A DNA stretch of 64,000 nucleotides from Candidatus Poribacteria bacterium (GTDB lineage Bacteria; Poribacteria; WGA-4E; WGA-3G): contig JAGFCB010000030.1 of NCBI GenBank assembly GCA_022394775.1, forward strand, positions 18,852-82,851, written 5' to 3'. The first letter of the stretch is position 1. Each line of letters begins with the position of its first letter. A program made the position numbers and the translations under genes. Below are positions 16,981-26,782 of the stretch, one piece after another. The notes beneath the pieces are model-generated. The model was not told the origin of the DNA and searched no databases. It saw only the letters and a program-made list of their open reading frames with translations.

Positions 16981-17080
16981 CAGGACTTACGCAAATTTAG
17001 CGCGCGATAGTAGATTTTTTAGTTTTAAACCCCCTAAGTCCCCCTTATCAGGGGGACTTTAAGAGGAAATGTATAAGTCC
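16981..17080. mobile_element. MITE/REP-like element, family with AGGACTTACGCA ends (copy 1, carries a nested hairpin module)
   Basis: CAGGACTTACGCA at 16981-16993 and GTATAAGTCC at 17071-17080. The interior holds the AAACCCCCTAAGTCCCCCTTATCAGGGGGACTTTAA module. Confidence 0.6.
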
Positions 17081-17131
17081 CAAGTTTAAAATCGCCAACG
17101 CTCAGCAATTGAATCTAAAGGGTACCTCGCT

Positions 17132-19072
17132 ATGAAAATAATCTTGATTTTATTTATTCTTTTAACTGTTTTTTCATTAAGCACTTTCGCTCAAGATTTT
17201 CCTTATACGAGTCTTGAAGGGCATACAAGTAGGGTCACTAAAATTGTTTTCAGCCCTGATGGGACGACGCTTGCGAGTGTGAGCGAAGATAGAACAATTC
17301 GCTTGTGGGATGTTGCTACAAGAACGCATAAATACACGCTCACAGGTCACAATTCTTATATTTATTCTGTAGCTTTTAGTCCAGACGGGTTGACACTTGC
17401 AAGTGGAAGCGAAAATGGTAGGATTCGTTTTTGGAATGTTATCACTGGGCAATACAAGGTAACACTTGAAGGACATAACAGCTCTGTCAGGAGTGTTGCG
17501 TTCAGTCCAGATGGAAACACACTCGCGAGTGGGAGTTCTGATCACACAATACGTCTATGGAATGCTACTACAGGCTTATACAAAGTAACACTTGAAGGAC
17601 ATTCTGAAACTATAAATAGTGTTGCGTTCAGTCCAGATGGTCAAACGCTCACGAGTGGAAGCTCTGATCGCACGATACGTCTGTGGAGTGCTACTACAGG
17701 TTTCCATAAGCAGACCCTCACGGGGCATACAAACAGTATTTATGATATTTCATTTATAGAGGAAGGTCAAACACTCGCGAGTAAGAGTAATGATGGCACA
17801 ATCCGTTTATGGGACACCGCCACGGGTCAACATAAAGAGGGGCTTTCAGTTAATTTGCGTGATGTTTCGATTAACTCAGATGGAACAATGCTTGCAGGTG
17901 TGTATTCAAGTCGTAATATTTCTTTGTGGGATATTGCGACTGAAAGTGAGATTACGTCCCTCACTGGTCATACGTCTGATATTTATGCTGTTACATTCAG
18001 TCCGAGTGGTAAAACATTAGCGAGTGGCGGTAGTGATCATACAGTTCGCTTGTGGGATCTCTCTACCCGCGTTAACATCATGCCGTCAACTATTGAATCT
18101 CCACCGATCGGTCAGCAATTTAAGATTGATATTAACATTGTTGGTGGGCAAGATGTTAGAGGGTATGAGGTCATTGTAGAATACGATCGCGATTCATTAA
18201 GTTATGTATCTCATGCTCACGGTGATTATTTTTCTGACAAGGTTTATAGGGGACCAATAATAAGAAAACTTGGAAGTGTGTCCTTTAGCAACGTCTCAAC
18301 TGCGGAGGCGGGCGAAGGTGATGGCACTCTTGCTACAATAACCTTCAAAGTTATTTCGCGTAAAGCGTCAACTATCAGTTTAACCGCAATCCTTTCTAAT
18401 AGTGATGGTGAAAGATTGCCTTATATAGCGATTTCGGGCAAGGTGATAGAACCTCCGTGGGATGTAAACGGTGATGGTTCTGTAGATATATTGGACTTGT
18501 CATTTGTCGCTGCGCGTTTCGGGGACGAAGGGCAAACTGAAGCGGATGTTAACAGCGATGGAGTCGTAGACATCAAAGACCTAATTACGGTTGCCAGTGG
18601 AATGGGTAGAGAAGCAGAGGCACCTTCCGGGCACCATCGCAGCAGCTTTAAGGAGTTACCATCAAGAGCGACGGTGCAACAGTGGCTCACTGAAGCGCAA
18701 CAACTAAACTTGACAGACTCAACATCACAAAGGGGTATTCTTTTCTTAGAATATCTATTAGCATCATTGACCCCAAAAGAGACTGCACTTCTAGCAAACT
18801 ATCCTAATCCGTTTAACCCAGAGACATGGATACCGTATCAGTTAGCGCAATCAGCAGATGTAACTATTTCCATTTATACAATAGACGGGACTATGATACG
18901 TACCCTTAACCTTGGACACAAACCATCTGGGGTTTATGAAAACAAAACTGTTGCTGCGTATTGGGATGGCAGAAATGAAACAGGTGAATCTGTCGCGAGT
19001 GGTGTCTATTTCTATACATTATCAACAGCAGGAAAATTCAAATCCACGCGGAAGATGCTAATCCTGAAATAA
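17132..19072 (+). CDS. secreted 7-bladed WD40 protein with cohesin-like, dockerin and T9SS/FlgD-Ig-like C-terminal domains
   Basis: Signal peptide, then seven GH...WD-type blades. A cohesin-like segment (GQQFKIDINIVGG...GDGTLATITFKV) and a dockerin pair (DVNGDGSVDILDL / DVNSDGVVDIKDL) follow. The tail is LLANYPNPFNPETWIPYQL...GVYFYTL. Confidence 0.85.
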   Translation: MKIILILFILLTVFSLSTFAQDFPYTSLEGHTSRVTKIVFSPDGTTLASVSEDRTIRLWDVATRTHKYTLTGHNSYIYSVAFSPDGLTLASGSENGRIRFWNVITGQYKVTLEGHNSSVRSVAFSPDGNTLASGSSDHTIRLWNATTGLYKVTLEGHSETINSVAFSPDGQTLTSGSSDRTIRLWSATTGFHKQTLTGHTNSIYDISFIEEGQTLASKSNDGTIRLWDTATGQHKEGLSVNLRDVSINSDGTMLAGVYSSRNISLWDIATESEITSLTGHTSDIYAVTFSPSGKTLASGGSDHTVRLWDLSTRVNIMPSTIESPPIGQQFKIDINIVGGQDVRGYEVIVEYDRDSLSYVSHAHGDYFSDKVYRGPIIRKLGSVSFSNVSTAEAGEGDGTLATITFKVISRKASTISLTAILSNSDGERLPYIAISGKVIEPPWDVNGDGSVDILDLSFVAARFGDEGQTEADVNSDGVVDIKDLITVASGMGREAEAPSGHHRSSFKELPSRATVQQWLTEAQQLNLTDSTSQRGILFLEYLLASLTPKETALLANYPNPFNPETWIPYQLAQSADVTISIYTIDGTMIRTLNLGHKPSGVYENKTVAAYWDGRNETGESVASGVYFYTLSTAGKFKSTRKMLILK

Positions 19073-19109
19073 TTGCTTCTTCTATTCTTCCTTTGGGAAC
19101 TAAGAACTT

Positions 19110-19697
19110 ATGGATATTTTACATAGCATTCGCGGTGCGTTGTTGGAAGCGCGGGATGTACTTGATCGGTTTATCCGAAATCCTGAGAATATCGCAACCA
19201 TCGCGGAGACAGCAGAGATGATGCAAGACGTATTTGAACGGCAAGGTAGGATCTTCACGTGTGGAAATGGTGGAAGTCTGTGCGACGCCGTCCATTTCGC
19301 TGAAGAATGCACCGGAAAGTTTCGGGCTGACCGGAGACCGCTACCGGCAATTGCCCTCAGCGATGCTGGCCATATCACTTGCACAGCGAACGATTTTGGA
19401 TTTGCCGAGATCTTCGCGCGTCCACTTTCAGCACTCGGACACCCTGATGATCTACTCGTAGTGCTTTCAACCAGCGGGAACTCTGAAAACGTTGTACGTG
19501 CAGCAGCGACAGCGAAATCACGTGGGATGCGGGTGTTTGGGCTGCTTGGTGGCGATGGCGGCAATCTTAAGCAACACTGCGATATATGCCTGATTGCTCC
19601 GGGCAATACAGCTGACCGCATACAGGAAATCCATATTAAAGTCTTGCACATTTTGATTGAACACGTCGAGCGGTTGATGTTTCCAGAGAATTATTGA
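19110..19697 (+). CDS. gmhA: D-sedoheptulose-7-phosphate isomerase (SIS domain)
   Basis: CGNGGSLCDAVHFAEE, LSTSGNSENV and IQEIHIKVLHIL match the GmhA pattern; 195 aa. Confidence 0.8.
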   Translation: MDILHSIRGALLEARDVLDRFIRNPENIATIAETAEMMQDVFERQGRIFTCGNGGSLCDAVHFAEECTGKFRADRRPLPAIALSDAGHITCTANDFGFAEIFARPLSALGHPDDLLVVLSTSGNSENVVRAAATAKSRGMRVFGLLGGDGGNLKQHCDICLIAPGNTADRIQEIHIKVLHILIEHVERLMFPENY

Positions 19698-19784
19698 CAG
19701 TGGCATCGTTTTTTGATACCGTTTAACGTAGATTTCTGAACGCCATTCTTAAAGTTTATATATAATAAATCTGGAGGATCATTC

Positions 19785-20066
19785 ATGGAAACATCAGAAA
19801 AGAATAAAGCGTATTGGCGGAAGAATCTGCAATACCTCGCTATTTTATTAGCGATTTGGTTTGTTACATCGTATCTCTGCTCAATTGTGTTTGTGGAACA
19901 ACTCGACAAGATTCAATTCTGGGGATACCGACTCGGTTTCTATTTCGCGCAACAGGCATCTATCTGGATTTTTGTTGAACTCATCTTTGTCTATGCGTGG
20001 CTGATGAACCGTTTGGAAAAGAAATACGCACAACCCGAAGATGAAGAGGGGGCAGAACAATCATGA
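19785..20066 (+). CDS. DUF4212 small membrane subunit of a sodium/solute symporter
   Basis: 93 aa with two TM segments, YWRKNL...GFYFAQQ. It overlaps the downstream symporter start by 4 nt, which is the canonical pairing. Confidence 0.75.
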   Translation: METSEKNKAYWRKNLQYLAILLAIWFVTSYLCSIVFVEQLDKIQFWGYRLGFYFAQQASIWIFVELIFVYAWLMNRLEKKYAQPEDEEGAEQS

Positions 20067-20659
20067 GCGTACAAGCATGGACATTTGTGATGGTAGCACT
20101 CTCCTTCGCGTTGTATATCGGTGTCGCGCTCTGGTCGAAGGCACGGTCCACAGGGGAGTTCTATGTTGCAGGGAGCAACGTACATCCGGTCGTCAATGGT
20201 ATGGCGACAGCAGCAGACTGGATGAGTGCCGCCTCTTTCATCTCAATGGCAGGTCTTATTTCGTTTATGGGGCGTGACGGTTCCGTTTACCTGCTCGGAT
20301 GGACAGGTGGCTACGTGCTGCTGGCGTTGTTATTGGCACCCTATCTCCGCAAATTCGGGAAGTATACTGTCCCTGATTTCGTAGGCGATCGGTATTACTC
20401 GCAACTGGCTCGGATTGTCGCCGTGGTGTGTGCAATTTTTGTCTCATTTACTTACGTGGCGGGACAGATGCGGGGTGTTGGGATTGTCTTTTCCCGGTTT
20501 CTGAGTGTCAATGTTGAAACGGGTGTACTCATCGGTATGGGAATTGTGTTTTTTTATGCGGTGCTTGGTGGCATGAAAGGCATTACGTACACGCAGGTTG
20601 CCCAATACTGTGTGCTGATTTTTGCGTTTCTCGTGCCTGCTATTTTATCTCTATCCTGA
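20063..20659 (+). CDS. sodium/solute symporter (SSF, VC_2705/ActP-like), N-terminal part of an interrupted gene
   Basis: Polytopic SSF N-terminus. The frame ends at 20659, and the protein continues in the -1 frame from about 20645. Confidence 0.75.
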   Translation: MSVQAWTFVMVALSFALYIGVALWSKARSTGEFYVAGSNVHPVVNGMATAADWMSAASFISMAGLISFMGRDGSVYLLGWTGGYVLLALLLAPYLRKFGKYTVPDFVGDRYYSQLARIVAVVCAIFVSFTYVAGQMRGVGIVFSRFLSVNVETGVLIGMGIVFFYAVLGGMKGITYTQVAQYCVLIFAFLVPAILSLS

Positions 20660-20688
20660 TTACAGGCAACGCTATCCCACAACTCGGA

Positions 20689-21759
20689 TTGATGGGAAAA
20701 GTGGCAGATGGCTCAGGGCTATATCTTCTGGATCGACTTAACGGCTTGAGCGAGGAACTCGGATTTAACTTATATACGGATGGAAGTAAAAGCACTATCG
20801 ATGTCTTTTTCATCACCGCGGCATTGATGTTAGGAACAGCAGGACTTCCACATGTGATTATCCGATTCTATACCGTGCGAAAAGTCTCTGAGGCACGGAT
20901 TTCAGCAGGATGGGCACTCTTGTTCATCGCGATTCTCTATACAACTGCACCGGCAGTGGCTGTGTTTGCCCGGACGAATCTTCTCAAAACCGTTAGATAT
21001 GAACAAAATGGTGAGTTAACAGATGTCAGATATGAGGATGTGCCGGAGTGGTTTAAAAATTGGGAGGCAACAGGGCTGATTGAATTTGACGATTTGAATA
21101 GCGATGGGAAGATACAGTACCGAGGACCGAAATCAGAGATACAAAATGAACTCGAAATTGATCCAGACATCATGGTATTAGCGAACCCTGAGATTGCGAA
21201 ACTCCCGAATTGGGTTGTCGGATTAGTGGCTGCTGGCGGATTGGCTGCTGCGTTGTCAACAGCTGCAGGTTTGCTATTGGTAATTTCCACGGCGGTCGCG
21301 CATGACTTGCTCAAAGGTAGCATCGCACCGGGATTGTCAGAGAAACAGGAGTTAGCTGCTGCGCGCATTGCAGCCGGTGTAGCCGTCTGTATCGCGGGGT
21401 ATTTCGGCATTAACCCACCCGGGTTTGTGGGGCAAGTCGTTGCATTTGCCTTCGGGCTTGCGGCAAGTTCCTTTTTCCCGGCGATTGTTATGGGCATCTT
21501 CTCCAAACGGATGAACAAAGCAGGGGCAGTCAGCGGTATGATTGTCGGTATCACCTTTACTGCGGCATATATTATCTACTTCAAATTTATTAGTCCGGAA
21601 CTTAATACATCAGAACACTGGTTATGGGGCATTTCACCTGAAGGGATCGGAACGCTCGGCATGGTGCTAAACTTTATTGTCTCGATCAGTGTGTCAGCCT
21701 TGACCGCACCGCCACCTGATGAGGTGAAGGCACTCGTTGAGGACATCCGGGTTCCATAA
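20689..21759 (+). CDS. sodium/solute symporter, C-terminal part of an interrupted gene
   Basis: Continuation of the SSF transporter (GLPHVIIRFYT motif). Its frame is open back to about 20645 ([14 protein letters not shown]). Confidence 0.75.
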   Translation: MMGKVADGSGLYLLDRLNGLSEELGFNLYTDGSKSTIDVFFITAALMLGTAGLPHVIIRFYTVRKVSEARISAGWALLFIAILYTTAPAVAVFARTNLLKTVRYEQNGELTDVRYEDVPEWFKNWEATGLIEFDDLNSDGKIQYRGPKSEIQNELEIDPDIMVLANPEIAKLPNWVVGLVAAGGLAAALSTAAGLLLVISTAVAHDLLKGSIAPGLSEKQELAAARIAAGVAVCIAGYFGINPPGFVGQVVAFAFGLAASSFFPAIVMGIFSKRMNKAGAVSGMIVGITFTAAYIIYFKFISPELNTSEHWLWGISPEGIGTLGMVLNFIVSISVSALTAPPPDEVKALVEDIRVP

Positions 21760-21801
21760 AAAACATTCGGCGTACTTTGGAGGCACACATAGAGGTATCT
21801 C

Positions 21802-23457
21802 ATGAGACACAAGTTGAAAACAACCATTTTTGTTCTTTCGCTTATTAGTATTGCTTTTGCAGCGAATGCCGCAAAGGTTGAAGACTTCATGCCAAAGGAG
21901 AGTGTTCTGTATGTGCAACTTCAGCATATAGACGAGGTCTACAATGAAATTGAGACTTCCGAAACTTGGCAGAAAGCACTTGCCTTGTTGCCAAGTGAGT
22001 CAGAGGGCATTCGACACGGGATCAGGATGGCAGAGGCTTTTCTGAGTACAGATCTGCTAAGCGTCCTTGGAACAATTGGGTATCAGACAGCATTAGCCGT
22101 TTGGTTAGACGAAACACGCGCTGTACAAGTTGGATTCGTTGCCCATTCGGGTGGGAATCTCAGCGAACTCCAACGGTTCACCAAAATTGCTGAGGGTGCT
22201 ATAGGCTTGAGTGGCACAACGACCTTACGCTTGGATGCGGGTGTGTACCAGCGGGTTCGCTACAATGTGCTGGAAATGGATCAGAATATTGCTAAGTATG
22301 GATTTGCCGGTGAGTTTCTCGTGCTTGGTGTAGGCGAAGGGGCTTTCGAGAAATTGATGGATACCTACGGGAAAGCCGCGCCATCTATCCGGGATAACGA
22401 GGTATTTGGCGGGATGCGAAAGAAAATGGGCTCAGGAGAAGCGGTCATATTTGCTGACATGGAACACGCGCTCTCCTTGGTAGAGATAGGCGATTTAGAT
22501 GAGTGGAGACGGACACGGTTTCCTATCTTTCAATCTGTATGCATCCGGCTTAATTTGATGGAACCCGGTCCTCTCTATCAAATGGCTGTGCGATTCAACC
22601 GTAATGCCCCAGATTTTTCAGAAAACGAGATCAGTTTGTTTCTGGAGAAAGGTAAGAAACTCGAAATTTTAAACGCGTTGTCCGGTGAAGAGGATATATT
22701 TGTTGCCGTAACCCCGAATGTCATGAAAGGCATCTGGGAAATCGTTCGTTCCGAGATGGAGAAAAATCTGACAGATACCCTCATCGAAGGCATCTCTTAT
22801 GTGGAGGGGCTTTTGAACCTTGATCTGGAAGATGATGTGATGACCGCGTTAACTGGAGAGCTTGCTTTGTCGGTCGCTGACTTATCTCAATTTGATCCAA
22901 CAGCCTTTGAGGCTCTCGAGATTAACGCTGATAATTCGTTTACAATAGATGCTGCTGCCGTAGAAACACACGGCGGTTTAATCTTCAAGCCTCAGAATCT
23001 TCTGAAATGGAATCAATTCACGAATAGTCTCTCTAACCTACAAAATATTTCCGTTTCTCAAACGGTTTATAATACAGCAACGCTGTCGGAGTTCGCGACA
23101 AATATCTATTATAGTGAGGTGGACGGTCGGTTTCTTTTGAGTTTTTCAGAAGAGCAGATGCACGCACTCGTAGATGGAGTAAAAGAGAAAAAGCGCCCCG
23201 CTTATTTGAAGCAAGTACCGGAAAACCCGATAGTATTTGCACACCTAAATTTAGCACGAGTTTTAGAAGCAACAGGGGAAGGAACACCGCCTGCTGACAA
23301 AGTCCTTGTCAGTTCCGAAGAAACAACACCATTGCTGGCATGGATTTCGGTAGAAGATAGTGAGGTATTGCTTGAAGTCGTACTATCAATAGAAGATACA
23401 CCACTTGAAGTCATCGCGAAACTTGTTCCGTTCTACGTTTGGTCTATGGAAAATTAG
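21802..23457 (+). CDS. secreted hypothetical protein, possibly DUF3352-like
   Basis: Signal peptide; FMPKESVLYVQL near the N-terminus and DLEDDVMTALTGELALSV resemble DUF3352 landmarks as I recall them. Confidence 0.6.
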   Translation: MRHKLKTTIFVLSLISIAFAANAAKVEDFMPKESVLYVQLQHIDEVYNEIETSETWQKALALLPSESEGIRHGIRMAEAFLSTDLLSVLGTIGYQTALAVWLDETRAVQVGFVAHSGGNLSELQRFTKIAEGAIGLSGTTTLRLDAGVYQRVRYNVLEMDQNIAKYGFAGEFLVLGVGEGAFEKLMDTYGKAAPSIRDNEVFGGMRKKMGSGEAVIFADMEHALSLVEIGDLDEWRRTRFPIFQSVCIRLNLMEPGPLYQMAVRFNRNAPDFSENEISLFLEKGKKLEILNALSGEEDIFVAVTPNVMKGIWEIVRSEMEKNLTDTLIEGISYVEGLLNLDLEDDVMTALTGELALSVADLSQFDPTAFEALEINADNSFTIDAAAVETHGGLIFKPQNLLKWNQFTNSLSNLQNISVSQTVYNTATLSEFATNIYYSEVDGRFLLSFSEEQMHALVDGVKEKKRPAYLKQVPENPIVFAHLNLARVLEATGEGTPPADKVLVSSEETTPLLAWISVEDSEVLLEVVLSIEDTPLEVIAKLVPFYVWSMEN

Positions 23458-23498
23458 TAGACTTTAGCCTTATAGTTCAACTAATTAAGGGGGTAACG

Positions 23499-24680
23499 AT
23501 GTTAATTCAGAAACGACTTATACAGACTGTAAAAACAAAGCGATGGTTTTGGATAACAACAGTGGTTGCTACGGTGTTGCTCGGTTTTGGAATTAGCCAG
23601 CTGCTGCAATTTCAGGAGGCGACAGCAGAATCAGAAAAGGAAGTCCTTCCGCAACTCACTGCGGAACTTGATACGCTTAAAGCAGAATATAACGCACAGC
23701 AAGCAAGGTGGCAATCGAATTTACTCGCGCAGGTCGCGCCAACTTTAACGGACGAGCCAACCGCTGTAAAACGTCAATTTGTCGATTTCCTTGAAGAAAT
23801 TGGGAGTCCGGGGACGGATGCGCTTGTCTTCATGCTGCAGGATCCATCGAGAAGTATACGCAGAAAGGCAGTTGAAGCGTTAGGTGAAATCGGTGAAGAT
23901 GCGCGGAAAGCCGGTAAGAATTATGATACTGCGGCGATCGCTTTGACGACAGCACTCAAAGACGATTCCCCTGAGGTTTTCCGTGAGGCAGTTCAAGAAT
24001 TAGATGATGTCGCCCCGACATCTGCGAAGTCTCTTGCCTTTGTTGTTCCTGCACTCATTGAGGTCAGGCGTAGAGGTTCATCAAATACGCGTGACGACAT
24101 CATTGATGCTTTAGGACGGATCGGCGAGGCACTCGCAAAAAATGGACAAGAGACTGACACCATCCGCGATGCTTTAATTCTGAGTATGGATGACGATTCA
24201 ACAAAAGTCCGAACAAACGTGATAGTTGAGTTGTCTGATATACGAGCGGCTTCCCCTGAGACGTTCGCCGCGTTGATACCTGCCCTGTCAGATGATGCTA
24301 AGTCGGTACGGGCACGTGCTGAAGACGTGTTGATTAAGCTCGGTAAAAGCCGTGCTGCGAGTATCACACCGATGTTAGTAGATGCACTGACGAACAATCC
24401 ATCAGCCGCTACGCGTGGACACATCGTTGATGTGCTTGGTGCGATCGGTGAGGCACTCGTAAAGAAGGGTGAATCCGATGCGATGGTTGTAAAACCGCTC
24501 CTTGTGGCACTGACGGATACCGACTCGGATGTTCGACGGAACGCCGCTGACGAATTAGGTGAGATGCGCACGCAATCCCCCGATGCGGTAACCGCATTGA
24601 CCCATGCACTGGAGGATAGTTCTAAAAACGTTCGTAGTGCTGCGCAAAAGGCGATCCGACGCATTGAGGCAGCGAAATAA
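23499..24680 (+). CDS. membrane-anchored HEAT-repeat (PBS-lyase type) protein
   Basis: An N-terminal TM helix, then about 8 repeats of the form D-x-S-x-x-VR-x-x-A-x-x-ALG-x-IG. The ATG at 23499 follows AAGGGGG. Confidence 0.8.
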   Translation: MLIQKRLIQTVKTKRWFWITTVVATVLLGFGISQLLQFQEATAESEKEVLPQLTAELDTLKAEYNAQQARWQSNLLAQVAPTLTDEPTAVKRQFVDFLEEIGSPGTDALVFMLQDPSRSIRRKAVEALGEIGEDARKAGKNYDTAAIALTTALKDDSPEVFREAVQELDDVAPTSAKSLAFVVPALIEVRRRGSSNTRDDIIDALGRIGEALAKNGQETDTIRDALILSMDDDSTKVRTNVIVELSDIRAASPETFAALIPALSDDAKSVRARAEDVLIKLGKSRAASITPMLVDALTNNPSAATRGHIVDVLGAIGEALVKKGESDAMVVKPLLVALTDTDSDVRRNAADELGEMRTQSPDAVTALTHALEDSSKNVRSAAQKAIRRIEAAK

Positions 24681-24971
24681 GGTATCGCGTAAATGTTGTA
24701 GAAGTGAGCACCAATTTTTCCGCCTATTTGTCGAAGAATAGGTTTTTATGCGTCTAATACTATTAATAAGTATTTTATAGTAGTATATGCTGGAATGTTG
24801 CTGCCCAGAATGTGAAACATAAATTGTTAAGCAATTTGTTAAACTTATTTGTGGTTGATGCGTCTTAATTAGCGATAAAGAGAAAATATAAAACAAATTA
24901 TCGAAAAGACACCACAAAATGTACGGCTTGCGTGGGGACCAAATCTCCGCCGACACAAGAGCAATTACACT

Positions 24972-26759
24972 ATGCAACAGATACAGAATACAGCTTCGGT
25001 TGTTGAGGTGATGCGCCAAGCATCTCTCATCTCGGAGCAAGTCTATACAGATATCGTCGCAGAATTAAAAGAAACTGATGCCTCCGAAGCAGCTGTGCTT
25101 TCCAAGCATGGCGTGCCGTCCGACCTTCTTGCGCTTGCTACAAAGAGTGTAGAGTCTGGAACACCTCTTGTCCAATTGGAGGGGGTTAATCCTGAAGACA
25201 ACACACTTGAAAAAATATCCGCGGGGTTCGCATATCGTAGCAAAATTGTTCCCATTGAATTAAACAACGATGAACTTACCGTAGCAATGGCGGATGCCTT
25301 AGATGTCGTTCTTATTGACGAGATTGAACTCATCACCAATTGTCGAGTGATCCCAGTTCTTGCTGGTGAGGCAGATATCGATGAAGCGATTATCCGTCTC
25401 TATGGACGCACAGCTGAGAGCCTTCTCAGTGCTGGTATCAAGGGACCTGTCGGGGCAACTGAGACCCTTGAACGTGAGACCATTGAGGACTTCGGGATCG
25501 ATGAGAAAGACCTTAGTCAAGATCCGACAGTTATCCACGCCGTTGACCAGATGATCATTGATGCGGTTCGGATGGGGGCAAGTGATATCCATATTGAACC
25601 TTATCCAACGCAGCTTAAGATCCGGTTTCGTGTTGACGGCGTGTTAGAAGACCAACCGCAGCCGCCTGCCTATTTGCAATCGGCGATCACGTCCCGTATC
25701 AAGATTATGGCTGATATGGATGTCGCCGAGCGTAGACGTCCACAGGACGGAAAGATCAGCAGGCAAATTGGGAGTGTCGGAAACAGGCAAATAGACCTTC
25801 GTGTTTCTACTGTCCCGACTGTTGCAACCCCGCATGGCGAAAGCGTTGTTCTCCGTATCCTTGATCGGCAGTCTATTGACTTTGGACTTGCAGAACTCGG
25901 CTTAACCGAAGACAACCTCGAACTTTTTGAGCGCATGATTCGTAAACCGCACGGCATTATCCTTGCCACCGGTCCAACGGGTAGCGGGAAAACGACATCA
26001 CTTTACGCTTGTCTAAAAGAGATTAACTCGCCTGACGTTAAAATCATTACCCTTGAAGATCCAGTTGAATATGAGTTAGAAGGTATCAACCAAATCCAAG
26101 TCAATCCGGATATTGATTTCACTTTCGCCATTGGGCTACGCCACATCCTGCGTCAGGACCCAGATAAAGTCTTGGTAGGTGAGATTCGTGACTACGAAAC
26201 CGCAGAGATGGCGGTTCACACCTCACTGACGGGACACCTTGTCTTTAGCACACTTCACACAAACGATGCTCCCGGCGCTATCGCGCGACTTATTGAGATG
26301 AATGTTGAACCTTATCTCGTCGCTTCGACGGTGGAAGGGATCATTGCCCAAAGACTTGCTCGCCGTGTTTGCCAAGCGTGTTGTGAGATGTATTCGCCCG
26401 ACGGAGATGAATTGATGGGGCTTATAGGGAACGGTAATAACGGTAATGGACACAAGGTTACCATCCCCCAAGACCTTGAAATTCCGCGAGCGGTCGTCGG
26501 AAGCGGGTGCAAAGAGTGTCGAGGCAGAGGGTACAGGGGGAGAATTGGCATTTTTGAAGTTTTGTTCATGACTGATGAAATCCGTTCAAAAGCACTTGAA
26601 CAGGCATCAACAAATGAGATTCGCCGTCTGGCAGTCCAATTGGGCATGAAAGGCTTACGTGAAGACGGGTGGCGCAAAGTTACTGCCGGATTTACAACAG
26701 TTGACGAAGTCCTGCGATTGACGCAAGAAGATGAATTCGATTTCGGGGAAGTTGTTTAA
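24972..26759 (+). CDS. gspE: type II secretion / type IV pilus assembly ATPase
   Basis: T2SSE_N-type N-domain, Walker A GPTGSGKTT, Asp/His boxes, and a tetracysteine CQAC...CKEC motif followed by GYRGRIGIFEV. Confidence 0.92.
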   Translation: MQQIQNTASVVEVMRQASLISEQVYTDIVAELKETDASEAAVLSKHGVPSDLLALATKSVESGTPLVQLEGVNPEDNTLEKISAGFAYRSKIVPIELNNDELTVAMADALDVVLIDEIELITNCRVIPVLAGEADIDEAIIRLYGRTAESLLSAGIKGPVGATETLERETIEDFGIDEKDLSQDPTVIHAVDQMIIDAVRMGASDIHIEPYPTQLKIRFRVDGVLEDQPQPPAYLQSAITSRIKIMADMDVAERRRPQDGKISRQIGSVGNRQIDLRVSTVPTVATPHGESVVLRILDRQSIDFGLAELGLTEDNLELFERMIRKPHGIILATGPTGSGKTTSLYACLKEINSPDVKIITLEDPVEYELEGINQIQVNPDIDFTFAIGLRHILRQDPDKVLVGEIRDYETAEMAVHTSLTGHLVFSTLHTNDAPGAIARLIEMNVEPYLVASTVEGIIAQRLARRVCQACCEMYSPDGDELMGLIGNGNNGNGHKVTIPQDLEIPRAVVGSGCKECRGRGYRGRIGIFEVLFMTDEIRSKALEQASTNEIRRLAVQLGMKGLREDGWRKVTAGFTTVDEVLRLTQEDEFDFGEVV

Positions 26760-26782
26760 GTCTCTTTTTATGGAGAGTTTCA

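Noticed and set aside
19100-19651. 183-aa minus-strand ORF
   Set aside because: It lies entirely antisense to gmhA, which has clear family motifs. Its composition is Ser/Arg/Pro/Cys-rich.
20937-21554. 205-aa minus-strand ORF
   Set aside because: It lies antisense to the symporter C-terminal half. The Ala/Pro/Ser-rich translation is typical of the reverse frame of a membrane-protein gene.
23993-24664. 223-aa minus-strand ORF
   Set aside because: It lies antisense to the HEAT-repeat gene, whose repeat periodicity is only sensible on the plus strand.
24555-25040. 161-aa minus-strand ORF spanning the HEAT/gspE intergenic region
   Set aside because: It covers an AT-rich promoter-like spacer and overlaps both flanking genes. 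Its composition is not protein-like.
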